A DNA stretch of 63,864 bases, filler included, from Octopus bimaculoides (GCF_001194135.2; 6 parts of 6 records of this genome joined end to end with filler, not necessarily neighbours in it), one strand, 5' to 3'. Numbered from the whole stretch's first letter, positions 39,031 through 53,086 are shown. Notes: a model not told the origin generated them from the letters alone. Translations and numbers: made by a program.

Positions 39031-39401
39031 GAGAATGGTAATACCTAAATTGCATGTTAAGTTGGTCTTCGTGTAAATCCCGGAATCCTTTTGGTCGATG
39101 TCGTTGTTAATATTGGTGATGATGATGATGGCAGTGGTGGTAGTAAGGCTTCGTAGATTTTCACGTAACGCGACAGGTGAAGAGACGGACTTATGCTTAT
39201 GTAAATATAATATGATATAATACATGTATATATTTATATATCTATATCTATCTATCTATCTATCTATCTATATATATATATATACATGCGTGTGTGTATG
39301 TATGTATGTATGTATGTTTATGTAAGTATAAGAGGAACTGAGATGTGTATGTGTGTACGTGGAGAGAGACAGAGAGAGAGGAATAGGTAGATACGTAGAT
39401 A

Positions 39402-39457
<56 letters not shown>

Positions 39458-40537
39458 GATAATAAGTTAACTCTAAACACAAATTAAGTTTGAGAAACAA
39501 GAGAAAGAATGGAAAGAAAACTATAAAAGGTGGAAAAGTCTTTCAAAACCCCGTACGAGTAAAGAAGAAACAAATAAACAGGAAGAAAACAATAATCAAA
39601 CGAAGAGATAACACACATACATACATATATACGCGAAATGACAGATGGAAGACGACGGTGTCAACTGCTTTCATATACATATATATATATATTGTATNNN
39701 NNNNNNNNNNNNNNNNNNNNNNNNNNNNNNNNNNNNNNNNNNNNNNNNNNNNNNNNNNNNNNNNNNNNNNNNNNNNNNNNNNNNNNNNNNNNNNNNNNNN
39801 NNNNNNNNNNNNNNNNNNNNNNNNNNNNNNNNNNNNNNNNNNNNNNNNNNNNNNNNNNNNNNNNNNNNNNNNNNNNNNNNNNNNNNNNNNNNNNNNNNNN
39901 NNNNNNNNNNNNNNNNTATATATATATATATATATATATATTTAATGTGTGTATGTGTGTGTGTATGTGTATTAGGTTGTACACCAGGCGAGAGATCGTA
40001 AAAAAAATGTCTGCTGCTGGGTTATATATTTCCTAGTGTGACTGACAGACAAATTGACTGATTGCACCTAAGTGAGCAGACGACAGGAAAATAGTTGCAG
40101 GCGCCTCCACCGCCGCAAACCGCCGCCGCCGCTTTCTTCACTAAGTATGACGAGGTGGGTTATGGCGGAGGTTTTTTCTTTTTATTACTTTCTTTTTATC
40201 GTTCTCGATAAAAATTGTTGCAGACTAGGTCGTAGCAACCGGTGTGTATGTGTGCGTGTGCGTGCACGACTCTGTGTGTGTCTGTGTTTATTTGTGTGTG
40301 TATATATATATACACACACATACATAATTACGCACACGTATATTCACATACACATACCTATGTGTGTGTGTGTGTGTGTCTGTTTGGATGGCGTAACTTG
40401 TTAATTAGTTGACTGGTTGTCGGTTCAATATCGAGGAGTTACTCCAATCTTCACTCTCGTTCGTTTTTATTGATTACAGGTGTATTGTTTACTTTCTTGC
40501 TTTTTTTTTGTTGCATTAATTTTGCAACTTTTGTTTC

Positions 40538-40580
<43 letters not shown>

Positions 40581-40685
40581 CTGTAGCCTTGTCATGTTTC
40601 TTACGCTTTGTGTTGGTGCAAATAAGCGTGAACACAAACACGCACAAATGTATAAGCAGAGCATATATGCAAATGTTTGAGCATG

Positions 40686-40721
<36 letters not shown>

Positions 40722-41027
40722 GCACGCGCGCGCGCGTTTATATGTCCTCGGTTGTGACTTCAAACTGCATCAGGTAGTGAGGCTCTGGTCCGGGAGTTCC
40801 AGCATCCTTCTAGGAAGGGGACACCGATGCAAAATCTGCAGTTTTACATGATTACTAGTCACCTCGTTTCGGCCCGTCACTGGGCATGCGTCGTAGGGAC
40901 TCAGAGAATGATGCTCGTGCTGTACAAGCATTTATCACCATAATCCAATGACCTGCAGATGTCGCTTTATGGTGACCTCGTTTGTCATCCCTTCAACTGA
41001 AAGTCCTCTGGCGATGGAAGAGTGAAG

Positions 41028-41055
41028 AGTGAAGAGTGAAGACTGAAGAGTGAAG
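41028..41055. repeat. (GAAGAGT)n 7-mer tandem repeat, ~5 units
   Basis: gaagagtgaagagtgaagagtgaagactgaagagtgaaga, starting near 41017. Confidence 0.7.
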
Positions 41056-41599
41056 ACACGTGTAGACTGAACCAGTTGGAAGTGCACTGAAAGGTGCAAC
41101 TTTCGTCTCTCACCTACGTTTCAGACCATGCAGATCTGCACGGGACTGAATAGTTATCTGAGAGTTCATGGATGGAAAGTCAGAAATGCCAATGACAACG
41201 AGGAAGCACAAAAAGACGGCAACCATCTATGCAAGTTTAGCAATCGCCATATCACTCGGTCCTGTATCATTTATTTATTAACAACAAGTCACAATATTCA
41301 TAGATTAGAACTGGGCTCCCAGACCCATGAGGTCCCCGTACAAATCAATGTTCTGTCCGATCCGGGAACCGGAACTCCTATCTTGGAATCTTGATTGCAG
41401 CAGTCGTCAGCCACGCCTCTTCACAATCGACTAAATCGAAGTCAGTAATTGACTGGATTTTAAATCTATCGACTCGGGGAAAAATCAAAAGCTAATTTGA
41501 ACTGAAAACATAAACAGCTGAATCAGTTACAGTTATTTTGTCCGACTCTCTAACAATCCTGCCAATTCTATCCATTATAACCCTTTCTTCTGAAGTATT

Positions 41600-41850
41600 T
41601 ATGGGAAGAAGTTTATCGAATACATTGACCCCCCCCCCCCAGGGCTCTGGTATTTATTTCATCGACCTCAAAAGGATGAAAAGCAAAATCGACCTAAGTG
41701 GAATTCGAACTCAGAATGTAAAGCCTGACGGAATGCTGCAAAGCATTTTTGTCTGGCGTGCTTACGATTCTTTTCTACTCTAGGTACAAGACCTGAAATT
41801 TTGGGGGAGGGGGCCATTCGATTAGATGACCCCAGTACGCAAATGGAACT
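41600..41850 (-). mobile_element. SINE A copies (rc)
   Basis: Central domain, B-box and tail motifs. Confidence 0.75.
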
Positions 41851-42462
41851 NNNNNNNNNNNNNNNNNNNNNNNNNNNNNNNNNNNNNNNNNNNNTTAATT
41901 AATTAANNNNNNNNNNNNNNNNNNNNNNNNNNNNNNNNNNNNNNNNNNNNTAGATAGATAGATAGATAGATAGATTCTGATTTTCAAAAGTTGAGATGGA
42001 ACGACGTGGGCCTACACCACAGTTGTCTTACTTCTGTTTGGAGTTTGGAATTTCTCCTCTTTTTATTGAAACGTTTTGATTGCCGGAGAATGATCACGTG
42101 ATTCGGCTTAGAAATCATTGTAAGTTCCTCGCTGCGTCATGTGACAATAGTGTTTGCTCCAAAAATTAAGTCTAACAAGATCGAGTGAACATGTCTAGTG
42201 ACAGTTGCACACAATCAAGCTTCTCTCAATTTAATCTGTCGTAGTGGACAGCGATTGATTGTATGCAGTTCAGTGAATGAAAGGTCATGATTTGTATGAA
42301 TGCACAGAGGCACTAAATTTCTTCGCCACTAAATTCGTGCGTTCGTGTCATATGAGAAAAAGTCATGATTGTGTCCAAAGTTTAGGTTATTTAGATGTGT
42401 AAATTCAACTCGTCAAGCGGAAGAATAAGTTTGTGTGAATAGTTATGGATGAATATACTTCG

Positions 42463-43060
42463 TTAAAGTTTATTCAGTTTTGGTTTGTATTTTTGTATGA
42501 ATATATTTTCTTTTTTTATCCGTACTTCATCTGACATTTATTTTTTGCACGTATGTCTATGTGTCCGCTCAGTGGCATCTGTCTACGTATTTGTTGTCTA
42601 TGAATATTTCGACTCTTTCTAAGAGTAAGTCTTCCTTGACCTATGTAACTTTCGTTACAACCTTTACATTTAATAGCATGTATTAAATTCATTAATGAAC
42701 ACGTGAAATGAATTTTGCTGTCGTAAAATCCGTCCTGATTTTAAGCTTACATATTTTATCTTCAATAAGATTGAAGCAAGTCCCGCAGTTAGAGCGGCCA
42801 CAATTTTTTACTGTTGGTGTAGAATTTGAGGAGGGTAATTTAGCACCTGTGAGCAGCTTTCTGGGGGATTTTGACTGTGTATTTCGAGTGCTGATTTCAT
42901 TTTGGGTGGTGCAATGTTCGGGTGGATAATGATGTAGATCCTTGCGTTTTTTGAGCTGTGTGTTGCAATAAACGATAGAATACTGGGAGTATGAGAAATG
43001 TTTTAAGTTCGTCGCAATTCGTGAAAACCTATTACCTTGGCACGTTCTATTCCGTTGTCT
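42463..43060 (-). mobile_element. Penelope-like element 3' end with zinc-finger-like linker and GIY-YIG endonuclease
   Basis: KLLTGAKL..VKNCGRSNCGTCFNLIE, then NLIHAIKCKGCNESYIGQGRLTLRK..FIQKYKPKLNKL*. Frameshifted. Confidence 0.8.
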
Positions 43061-43125
43061 GTTAACATATATGTGTGTGTATACATAAATACGCACACAT
43101 ACACACACACATATATATGTATGTT

Positions 43126-43165
<40 letters not shown>

Positions 43166-43212
43166 TATATATATGTATAGATGCATATATATATGTGTGT
43201 GTATGTATATTC

Positions 43213-43720
43213 TTACTCTTTCTCTTTTACTTGTTTCAGTCATTTGACTGCGGCCATGCTGGAGCACCACCTTTTAGTCGAGCAAATCGACCCCAGGACT
43301 TATTCTTTTGAAAGCCTAGTACTTATTCTATCGGTCTCTTTTGCCGAACCGCTAAGTTACGGGGACGTAAACACACCACCATCGGTTGTCAAGCGATGCT
43401 GGGGGGACAAACACAGACACACAAATATATACACACACACATAAATATATATATATATACGAATCCGGAACCATTTGGCTGGTAAGCAAGCTACTTATCA
43501 ATCACACAGCCACTCCTGTGCCTGTATGTATGTATGTACACTTCGTATACAGGCGCAGGTGTGGCTGTGTGGTAAGTAGCTTGCTTACCAACCACATGGT
43601 TCCGGGTTCATTCCCACTGCCTGGCACCTTGGGCAAGTGTCTTCTACTATAGCCTCGTGCCGACCAAAGCCTTGTGAGTGGATTTGGTAGACGGAAATTG
43701 AAAGAAGCCCGTCGTATATN
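43213..43720. mobile_element. Two SINE B copies head-to-head (- 43213-43523, internally deleted; + 43551-43720 into gap)
   Basis: cacagccactcctgtgcct ... 27 bp ... aggcgcaggtgtggctgtg. Confidence 0.85.
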
Positions 43721-44469
43721 NNNNNNNNNNNNNNNNNNNNNNNNNNNNNNNNNNNNNNNNNNNNNNNNNNNNNNNNNNNNNNNNNNNNNNNNNNNNNNNN
43801 NNNNNNNNNNNNNNNNNNNNNNNNNNNNNNNNNNNNNNNNNNNNNNNNNNNNNNNNNNNNNNNNNNNNNNNNNNNNNNNNNNNNNNNNNNNNNNNNNNNN
43901 NNNNNNNNNNNNNNNNNNNNNNNNNNNNNNNNNNNNNNNNNNNNNNNNNNNNNNNNNNNNNNNNNNNNNNNNNNNNNNNNNNNNNNNNNNNNNNNNNNNN
44001 NNNNNNNNNNNNNNNNNNNNNNNNNNNNNNNNNNNNNNNNNNNNNNNNNNNNNNNNNNNNNNNNNNNNNNNNNNNNNNNNNNNNNNNNNNNNNNNNNNNN
44101 NNNNNNNNNNNNNNNNNNNNNNNNNNNNNNNNNNNNNNNNNNNNNNNNNNNNNNNNNNNNNNNNNNNNNNNNNNNNNNNNNNNNNNNNNNNNNNNNNNNN
44201 NNNNNNNNNNNNNNNNNNNNNNNNNNNNNNNNNNNNNNNNNNNNNNNNNNNNNNNNNNNNNNNNNNNNNNNNNNNNNNNNNNNNNNNNNNNNNNNNNNNN
44301 NNNNNNNNNNNNNNNNNNNNNNNNNNNNNNNNNNNNNNNNNNNNNNNNNNNNNNNNNNNNNNNNNNNNNNNNNNNNNNNNNNNNNNNNNNNNNNNNNNNN
44401 NNNNNNNNNNNNNNNNNNNNNNNNNNNNNNNNNNNNNNNNNNCAAGATGGCCAGTTGGGAACGAGGCCC

Positions 44470-44870
44470 CATACCATCCCTTGATACGGGTCTGATTGAT
44501 CAAGTCTTCATATTTATATCAGAGGCGATTCGGGTTCATCATAGATTTCGCATAAGACACATGCCTGCTCGAAGAATGTCGCGTTTTTCCGCAATATTCC
44601 TCGTCCCAAATGACCTATTTTTTATATATATATATATATCTAGTACTATGTCTTTCTCCATTTCTAAGTTAAGGATTAAAATAGAGCAACCCTGCAAAAC
44701 ACAACTGATCTTTGCGCGCAGATGCACAGAATAACAGCAAATCAAAGAACGACAGCTGCGTGCACAACAAACATCAGCGATTTGACTGTTGCCTGTAATC
44801 TTGACAAGAGATACCAGAGAGTCTTTTACACCTACCAGGCTCGTTCGCATTAACCCGAGTTGCTGGAAAT
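44470..44870 (-). mobile_element. Possible Penelope-like RT fragment
   Basis: LNLEMEKDIVLDIYI resembles the PLE motif FTxExEkdgxLPFLDvxi. Heavily degenerate. Confidence 0.35.
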
Positions 44871-45156
44871 TTTTTTCGTTCCGTTAAAAATATTCTAGAA
44901 CAAACTTTTCATAGATTGGAATTTAAATCCTAATCTCTAAAGAAATAGATGGTTTCAAGAAAACATTGAATTTGAATTACTTTTAATATTTTCGATTATA
45001 GATAACACCTCGGGCTGTAACTTCCCTGGTCAAAAGTCCTGAGTTCCTCCCAGGACAGTGGAATTACAATGAACATTGGAGAGGAAAAAAGAGCAAGAAC
45101 ACAGTATATATATATATATACAAACATACATATACACACACATACACATACATACA

Positions 45157-45187
<31 letters not shown>

Positions 45188-45379
45188 GTGTATGTATATA
45201 TAATAATCGATTAAGTAAACAGATGGATTCGGCATATACACTTTAGTCCAAAAATTACATATACATACGCATACACACACACACGCACACGTATATATAT
45301 ATATATATATGCATGCATGTATGTATATATATATATATGTGTGTGTGTTTATGTATGTATGTATATAAGTGCGTGTGTA

Positions 45380-45424
<45 letters not shown>

Positions 45425-46023
45425 NNNNNNNNNNNNNNNNNNNNNNNNNNNNNNNNNNNNNNNNNNNNNNNNNNNNNNNNNNNNNNNNNNNNNNNNNNNN
45501 NNNNNNNNNNNNNNNNNNNNNNNNNNNNNNNNNNNNNNNNNNNNNNNNNNNNNNNNNNNNNNNNNNNNNNNNNNNNNNNNNNNNNNNNNNNNNNNNNNNN
45601 NNNNNNNNNNNNNNNNNNNNNNNNNNNNNNNNNNNNNNNNNNNNNNNNNNNNNNNNNNNNNNNNNNNNNNNNNNNNNNNNNNNNNNNNNNNNNNNNNNNN
45701 NNNNNNNNNNNNNNNNNNNNNNNNNNNNNNNNNNNNNNNNNNNNNNNNNNNNNNNNNNNNNNNNNNNNNNNNNNNNNNNNNNNNNNNNNNNNNNNNNNNN
45801 NNNNNNNNNNNNNNNNNNNNNNNNNNNNNNNNNNNNNNNNNNNNNNNNNNNNNNNNNNNNNNNNNNNNNNNNNNNNNNNNNNNNNNNNNNNNNNNNNNNN
45901 NNNNNNNNNNNNNNNNNNNNNNNNNNNNNNNNNNNNNNNNNNNNNNNNNNNNNNNNNNNNNNNNNNNNNNNNNNNNNNNNNNNNNNNNNNNNNNNNNNNN
46001 NNNNNNNNNNNATATTTTTACAG

Positions 46024-46071
<48 letters not shown>

Positions 46072-46688
46072 ACACAGGTCGTGCAAATGTTGGCATACAG
46101 TATGTATCCTATTAATGTTATAATTCATTAAGATTATTAGCAAATTAAATTAGTTTAGTTTCAGTATTAATATTTTCACTGTCATTAATTATGTTAATAC
46201 ATTTATCGTAATCTATAATAATTATCGTAATCTATAATAATACATTTATCGTAACTTTCCATAAAAATAAATGAGTATTGGACGTGTCTTTTCATTTTTT
46301 TTTTTTTTTTTTCATAAACGTATACCAACTTTTTCACCACCCTGTATACACAAGAACATGGCTCTGTTGTAAGAAGCTTGCTCCCCCAACAACATGCTTC
46401 CAGGTTCAAATAAGAAGACAAATTAAGGCTTGAACTCATCTTTAATGATAAATTGCAATTGTTTTTGTAGCAGCCCTGCTTTCAAGGTCAAATCACGCAA
46501 AATTTCCAAGTCGAACAATTACGTAATAATTGCGGTTTTAAATAACCATTCGTCAGACCTGCATTAACCCATTACCTACCAGTGATCTCATATGAGATCA
46601 CTTAAAAATTACAAATTTCGTAATTATCTGTCAATATTTACACATATCTAACCTTTTTGCTATATCTACTGGGTATATTTCTCTGATA

Positions 46689-47102
46689 GTGGAGGCGCAA
46701 TAGCCCAGTGGTTAGGGCAGCGGACTCACGATCATAGGATCGCGGTTTCGATTCCCAGACCGGGCGTTGTGAGTGTTTATTGAGCGAATACACCTAAAAG
46801 CTCCACGAGGCTCCGGCAGGGGATGGTGGCGAACCCTGCTGTACTCTTCCACCACAACTTTCTCTCACTCTTTCTTCCTGTTTCTGTTGTGCCTGTAATT
46901 CAAANNNNNNNNNNNNNNNNNNNNNNNNNNNNNNNNNNNNNNNNNNNNNNNNNNNACGCTGAATATCCTCAGAACTACGTTAAGAGTACACGTGTCTGTG
47001 GAGTGCTCAGCCACTTGCACGTTAATTTCACGAGCAGGTTGTTCCGTTGATCGGATCAACTGGAACCCTCGACGTCGTAAGCGACAGAGTGCCAACAACA
47101 AC
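46689..47102 (+). mobile_element. SINE C full copy with 12-bp TSD (1 mismatch)
   Basis: ATTTCTCTGATA (46677-46688) / ATTTCTCTAATA (47103-47114). (CAA)n tail and a small internal gap. Confidence 0.92.
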
Positions 47103-47339
47103 ATTTCTCTAATATTCAAATGAGGTTTGCTAACTTTTCATCCAATATCTCGCTTATTTCTTTTTGAAATGTTATTTTGATCATTCCAGCGTGTTTCTAA
47201 GGCTGTTTTTATGCTAGAAATCAAAGTTTCATAAAACAAATTCCAGTTAATAGAATTATGGGAGGTAATGGGTTAAAGATGCGCACTTATATTGAGAGTC
47301 CGACAGACTTTGTGTTTTGCTTACATCGGGAGGAAACAC

Positions 47340-48150
47340 AGAGAGGAAAATGTAAACTAACTTTGAATATGTGGACAGAGTAACGCTAAAAAAGAGACAG
47401 AGAGCACTAAACAAGCAGCGCAAAACCAAGCTTTGGCCACGAATTAGGGTTCAACCTTTGCAATGAGCAAGTGACTCCGCTGTGCCACATCTGTAACAGA
47501 GTGGATGAAACAATTTCCCATATCACAAACGAATGTGCTAGACTTGCCCCAAACCACTACAAGTTGCGGTGACATGATCAGCTGGCGAAAGTGCTACATT
47601 GCAAACTGTACGAAAAGTGGGGGCTAGAAAGAGAGGGAAGATGTGGCATGAGCACAAACCGCAGAGAGTGGCGGAGTCGGAGACTAGCAAAATCCTCTGG
47701 GGTTTCCCAATCCAAAACGACCAGGTACTAGAGCATAACAGACCGCACCGAGTATAACAGACTGCACCGACTGGTGGTGGACAAGATACACCACATATGC
47801 TTTATAGTTGATGTTGCATGCCCCTTTGACCCACGAATAGTCGAGAGGGAAAACGAAAAGATAGATAGATGCAACCCTCTTAAATACAAAATAGCCCGAC
47901 TATGGAAAATAAAGAAGGTGAAGATAGTGCCAATTATTGTAGGGTCCTTGGGGACAGTACCGGAAGGCATCAAGAGGAATATAAAGGAAATGGGAACAGA
48001 TTGCCCAGCAGAACATTTACCAAAAGGTTTGCCTCCTAGGCACGGTCAGAATAATCAGGAAAGTATAAGACAGCTGAAAAGAATGGATAGCATGGTAACG
48101 TAGGCTGGAGGTAGTAAGCCTGCTACACATCCAAGGCTCCAGGAGTTCCA
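47340..48150 (+). mobile_element. R4/Dong-like non-LTR retrotransposon 3' fragment (CCHC knuckle + restriction-like endonuclease)
   Basis: LKKETES..AAQNQALATN; CHICNRVDETISHITNEC; *HDQLAKVLH; ILWGFPIQND..HNRP; IVDVACPFD..EK; IVPIIVGSLG; LLGTVRIIRKV. Stops and frameshifts present. Confidence 0.88.
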
Positions 48151-48180
48151 ACAAAGTCTGTGATGAAGAGAAAAATAGAA

Positions 48181-48397
48181 ATCCTTTCTGCAAGTGGCAC
48201 GAAGCCTGAAATTCGTGGGGAGACGTTAAGTCGATTAATTCGTCCCCAGTTTTTCACTGGTACTAAATTTATCTACTCCGATAAAGATGAAAGTCAAAGT
48301 CGACCTCGGCGGAATTTGAACACCGGACGTGAAGACGAACGAAATAGCTCTGGAAAAGTTTGCCCAGCACGCTGACGATTCTGCCAGATCGCCGACT
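48181..48397 (-). mobile_element. SINE A copy
   Basis: rc head ctgccagatcgccg, B-box and central domain. Confidence 0.8.
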
Positions 48398-48409
48398 CAA
48401 ATAATAATA

Positions 48410-48448
<39 letters not shown>

Positions 48449-48548
48449 NNNNNNNNNNNNNNNNNNNNNNNNNNNNNNNNNNNNNNNNNNNNTTAATTAA
48501 TTAANNNNNNNNNNNNNNNNNNNNNNNNNNNNNNNNNNNNNNNNNNNN

Positions 48549-48604
<56 letters not shown>

Positions 48605-49859
48605 CAATACACACACTTCTGTATATATACATATACAATGATGTCTAAATTTTTAATACTGTTTGTTCCAATGGTAAAAATTCAACACATTTTATATATA
48701 AAGTATTTCACCACATCACGAAATGTGAATATTCATTTATATGTTCTTTTCTAACACACTTCAACAAAACATATATGTATACACACATGCATTTACTTCT
48801 TACTTCTTATTTCTTATCCGTCTGTTTTGTTTTTTATACTGATGTTATGTTTTTTTTTATCCTCGAAGTATTATTAGCGAATATAACTTAATAAAAAAAC
48901 ATAAAATGAGCTGCTCTAATTTCTTTTAATTTTCCGCGTAATATTAGTGGCCATTGTTGTTTTATTCCTTATTTGTGATTCCTTTCTCCTTCAGTCTCTT
49001 TCTCCATTTTCTTCTCTCTCATTCTCATGTATTGTTTTTGTTGCTGTATTTGTAATGTTTTTCTTCCCTTGATATTTCTTGCTTATTTATTTATATATTT
49101 ATTTATTTTCAACTTTATTTCTCCCCGTTTTCATTCTGGTTTCTTCAAAGAGCTCCCCGATCTCAGAAAACTATCCTTGAAATCACGAAACATTTGACAA
49201 AAATGTGAATTACAACAAGAATTGTACGTTTTTCGATTTTAGAATCGAATCAATTCTTCGTGGATATTTGCCATATTGGATTTATTTTTTATTATAATTG
49301 TATTCTTATTTTTATACTTTATTTCTTCCTTATTTGCGCTCTTTTATATGTATTTTGTTTATTTATCAGATGCTTTTTTAAAAATTTGGTTAGAATATTT
49401 TTTCTTCTTATTCTTTCATTCACTCCTACCCAATCGTTTTATTTTTGTCTTTCCTATGATCAAACCATCCGTTGTTTTGCCTTCTTTCCCTTTGTAGTGT
49501 TATTTCCCTTTTACACTGAACATTAATTGAACATTTTACAAAAGCGACATTAACAAATCTTGTAGAAGCTCAAGATCAAATACAAAAAAAAAAGAAAATG
49601 AAAAAGAAAATAACTGAAATGAAATTCCTCTCAAACTTCAATACAATTTTTTCCCCAATATCTTTCAGGAACATTCCGTTTTATTTCATCTTTGAATCAA
49701 CAATCCTATTTAAAGCAAATATTTTAGTTGTTGCTGCTCCTACTATTACTTCTTCTGTTGCAACTGCGGCTCTATATTTGATGCTAGTTCATTGTTATCA
49801 TACAGCCGTCTTATTTCTATTTTATCACTTACCAAACTTACTTAATGAACTCTCAGATT

Positions 49860-49925
<66 letters not shown>

Positions 49926-51160
49926 CCCACACACCCAACCTGCCGCCAGAAAGACAATGACCTAAAGTATTTTCTTGGTCATAATTTGGTTCTTCAGTTA
50001 CCATGTCTGCTTCTGCATTTAACTTTTAAATAAGTTCAATATAGGTTTTTACTCACTAATCTAGAAATAATTCTTTCAATCTATCTTCTGGTATTAATTT
50101 TATTCATGTGATTGTTCGTAAATGTATTAGATAGCTGTCGTGTCCAATAAAGTTCTAGCAATTACAAAATAGTTTATTGGAGGCCACGATACATTCCATT
50201 AATCCTGCAGAGCAAAATACATCATTCTCAAAATCACAGCGTTGCTATTCCTGTTGCTGCTACATTACGCATTAAGTATGTTCTACTCCTCGCTGTATCA
50301 CATTGAGAAGTACGGGAGATACACTGTTGAAACGTTCTTATCGCGAGACACTTCCTAAAAATTCTACAAAATGTAATTGGAATAATTCTAGAAAGTTTCA
50401 GCATTTTCTCTCTGTACACAAATAACAATTTCCCTTTCCTAAAGATTTGATTTAGAAAAAGAGACTTTTTATAAAAAGCATGGTACATATATAGTCTACT
50501 TCGACCTTACAGGTTCATCCGGAGCCATCATATTTTATTTATACTATTTCTCAGCAGAATATATTGGAAAAGTATGAAATAAAATGCTTTACTCGAGGAG
50601 AAAACGTGCCGTGGGTACCGTGAAAAGAACCCACAACTCAACGTAAACCAGCAATTTACCAAGTAGCCCAGAAACCCCGACGGAATTAAAGACTACACAA
50701 ATGTGCGCAGTTTGCTGTCTAAAGTCACACGTGGATCGTCAACTTTGTAACATTAATAAAGTGCACTATATATAAATAACTAAATTCAATTTCTCTTTAC
50801 CCTACATTTAAGATATTGACTTTATTAACTTACAAATAGATTTGTAAGTCGAATTTCACATTTTCCTTCTCATTTTCCAACCTTTATTCACTAACATTAT
50901 GAATACACAATTATATACATATATTCGAATATACGTATACAATTTTTCACACTCATATACGTATTCACCCATATATTCTTGTGCATATTTTAATATATAT
51001 ATATATATATATATNNNNNNNNNNNNNNNNNNNNNNNNNNNNNNNNNNNNNNNNNNNNNNNNNNNNNNNNNNNNNNNNNNNNNNNNNNNNNNNNNATATA
51101 TATAATGTCAATAAATCTTAAGCCCCAAAGAGAAGCGCACTCTAAGTTATAGAGATATTA

Positions 51161-51191
<31 letters not shown>

Positions 51192-51689
51192 TAATTTTGC
51201 TATCACTACTTACGAAAGAATAAGTGTTAAAAAGTTATAGAAGTTGTACTATCTCTCCTGAATATACCTGAGTAGGAAATACTTCTCTAAATCATTTCCG
51301 CTGCAAGCTTTAATTTGCGAAATGTTATGAAAAATTTCAGAGTCTTAAAACTTTCGAATAAATATCTTAGATATTATTGCCAAATTATCTTATACCGAAT
51401 CTACTTCGTTCGATTGAGATTAAACCATTTGTTTCATGGCTTCTCTTTATCGTTTCATCGTTGTGTTAACAATTGGAAATTAACAAAGATGCGTAATGAC
51501 AACCAACGTCCAAAATATATGTAACACGCGGTTTAATTCAAATAAATAAACGGTTTCTATTGCTATTTTGTTGGTGGTGCTTTTATTTCTTTCGTTCCTA
51601 CTGCTCTATAGCTACAGATAAAACTACATTAAAAGCATTACGTCTCTCAGCATCCGGTATTATTTGCATCTATAAATTATTTAAGTTTA

Positions 51690-52160
51690 GATATTGATTT
51701 CAAATTTTGGCAGTAGGTCAAACATATTTGGGTTAGGCAGTCTGTCGATAAAATTAACCCAATTGAGCAAGACCGAAACGATGGATATCAAAGTCGGCCC
51801 CGGCGGAATTTGAACTCAAAACATAAAGACAGATGAAATACCGCTAGGTATTTTGCCTGGCGTGCTATGGATTCATCTTTCTAACCGCCTTATAGAAGGT
51901 AAGATATTGTTCTGTTCATTTGTGCTACTCAACTTACCTTCCCTTTCTAACAGATTCACCGACTAGTTAGGGGCTTCGTCGTTTCAGCGTGTAAGACTTT
52001 TAAGTTAGACGTCAACTGGTTTACACTCTTATTCATATTCCATAGAGGCTGACTTTGCCGTTCATTATTTAGGGGGTTGATAAAATAAGTACCAGCTGAG
52101 CAGTAGGTTTCGATATATTCGACTTACCACATCCCTTGAAACTGATGGTTTTATGCTTAA
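51690..52160. mobile_element. Degenerate SINE A copies (- 51690-51890; + 52030-52160)
   Basis: Diverged central domain and tails. Confidence 0.7.
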
Positions 52161-52679
52161 TTTTGAAAACAATATGAAATTCATTTGCATGTAAGGGACG
52201 TTGACGAGTGTATTAGTGGCTTCAATTACTTAATTTCACTCCTCTCTCAACAAAAGATAGCATACGGATATTGATGCTTATATGAAAGGAATGGGTCAAT
52301 ACTACAACAGGTCAAAGCTGCAAAAACATGAATAATATCCGGTCCGGTTCATTTGCTAAATATTCAAATTATTAGAATTCGTAAAGACAGTACGTTGTGC
52401 TGATAATAGATTCAGGTCAATTTATTGACACTGCCTATAGTAAACTCAACCAATTAACGAGACAACTTGGAAGTTTCTATGTGATCGCCTAGCTTAGTAG
52501 GAACAAGAGCCAAATCCTGATCATATAACACCTTATATAATATATATCATATATATATTATATATAATATATTATATATAAGGTATATAACACCTACATA
52601 ATATATTCCTAAATACACTATTCTCTTCTATTACACTACCTAGCAAAATATTTTTATTCCTATGGGGCGTTTATTGTGA

Positions 52680-52870
52680 AGACGCACGACTTAGCGTCGA
52701 AGGTGTTCCGATCGTGATATCAAGAACGTCGTTTCGATTCTCGAACCGAGAGGTGGTTTTGTTCACGAGAAAAATCACTTCATCTGCCGTTGCTCCAGTT
52801 CACTCAGATGTAAAAGAATCAACCTACGACGGACTGGCTGCGGTTCAGAGGTAACTTATGATACAGCGGT
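52680..52870 (+). mobile_element. Old tRNA-derived SINE remnant
   Basis: B-box-like gtttcgattctc followed by gttgctccagttcactcag. Confidence 0.4.
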
Positions 52871-53086
52871 ATAATTCGTTTTACGTTTTCTAAGAACTTC
52901 ACCTCCGATAGCAAAGCGTGGTTTCGCGCAGTTTGACTCGACTGGTCATGCTGGGAAGATGACGTGTGTCTCTTGCAATTGATAGTCCTAGTTTTATGTA
53001 GCCTTGACGAAGGCATTGTGGATCTCTTGCAAATTTACTTTTGATAGTATCGCAATACTGTTTGGTCATCAGCGTAATGACACTCG

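Noticed and set aside
46300-46346. Tc1-like terminus TA|CAGGGTGGTGAAAAAG
   Set aside because: No partner terminus or coding remnant found.
50234-50488. VAATGIATL resembling Pif1/Helitron helicase motif Ia
   Set aside because: No Walker A or other helicase motif; too short to support.
50513-52450. Several AG...GT candidate exons (50513-50571, 51954-51990, ~52414-52437; similarly 17899-17919)
   Set aside because: Plausible splice signals, but the peptides are uninformative and cannot be distinguished from chance without RNA data.
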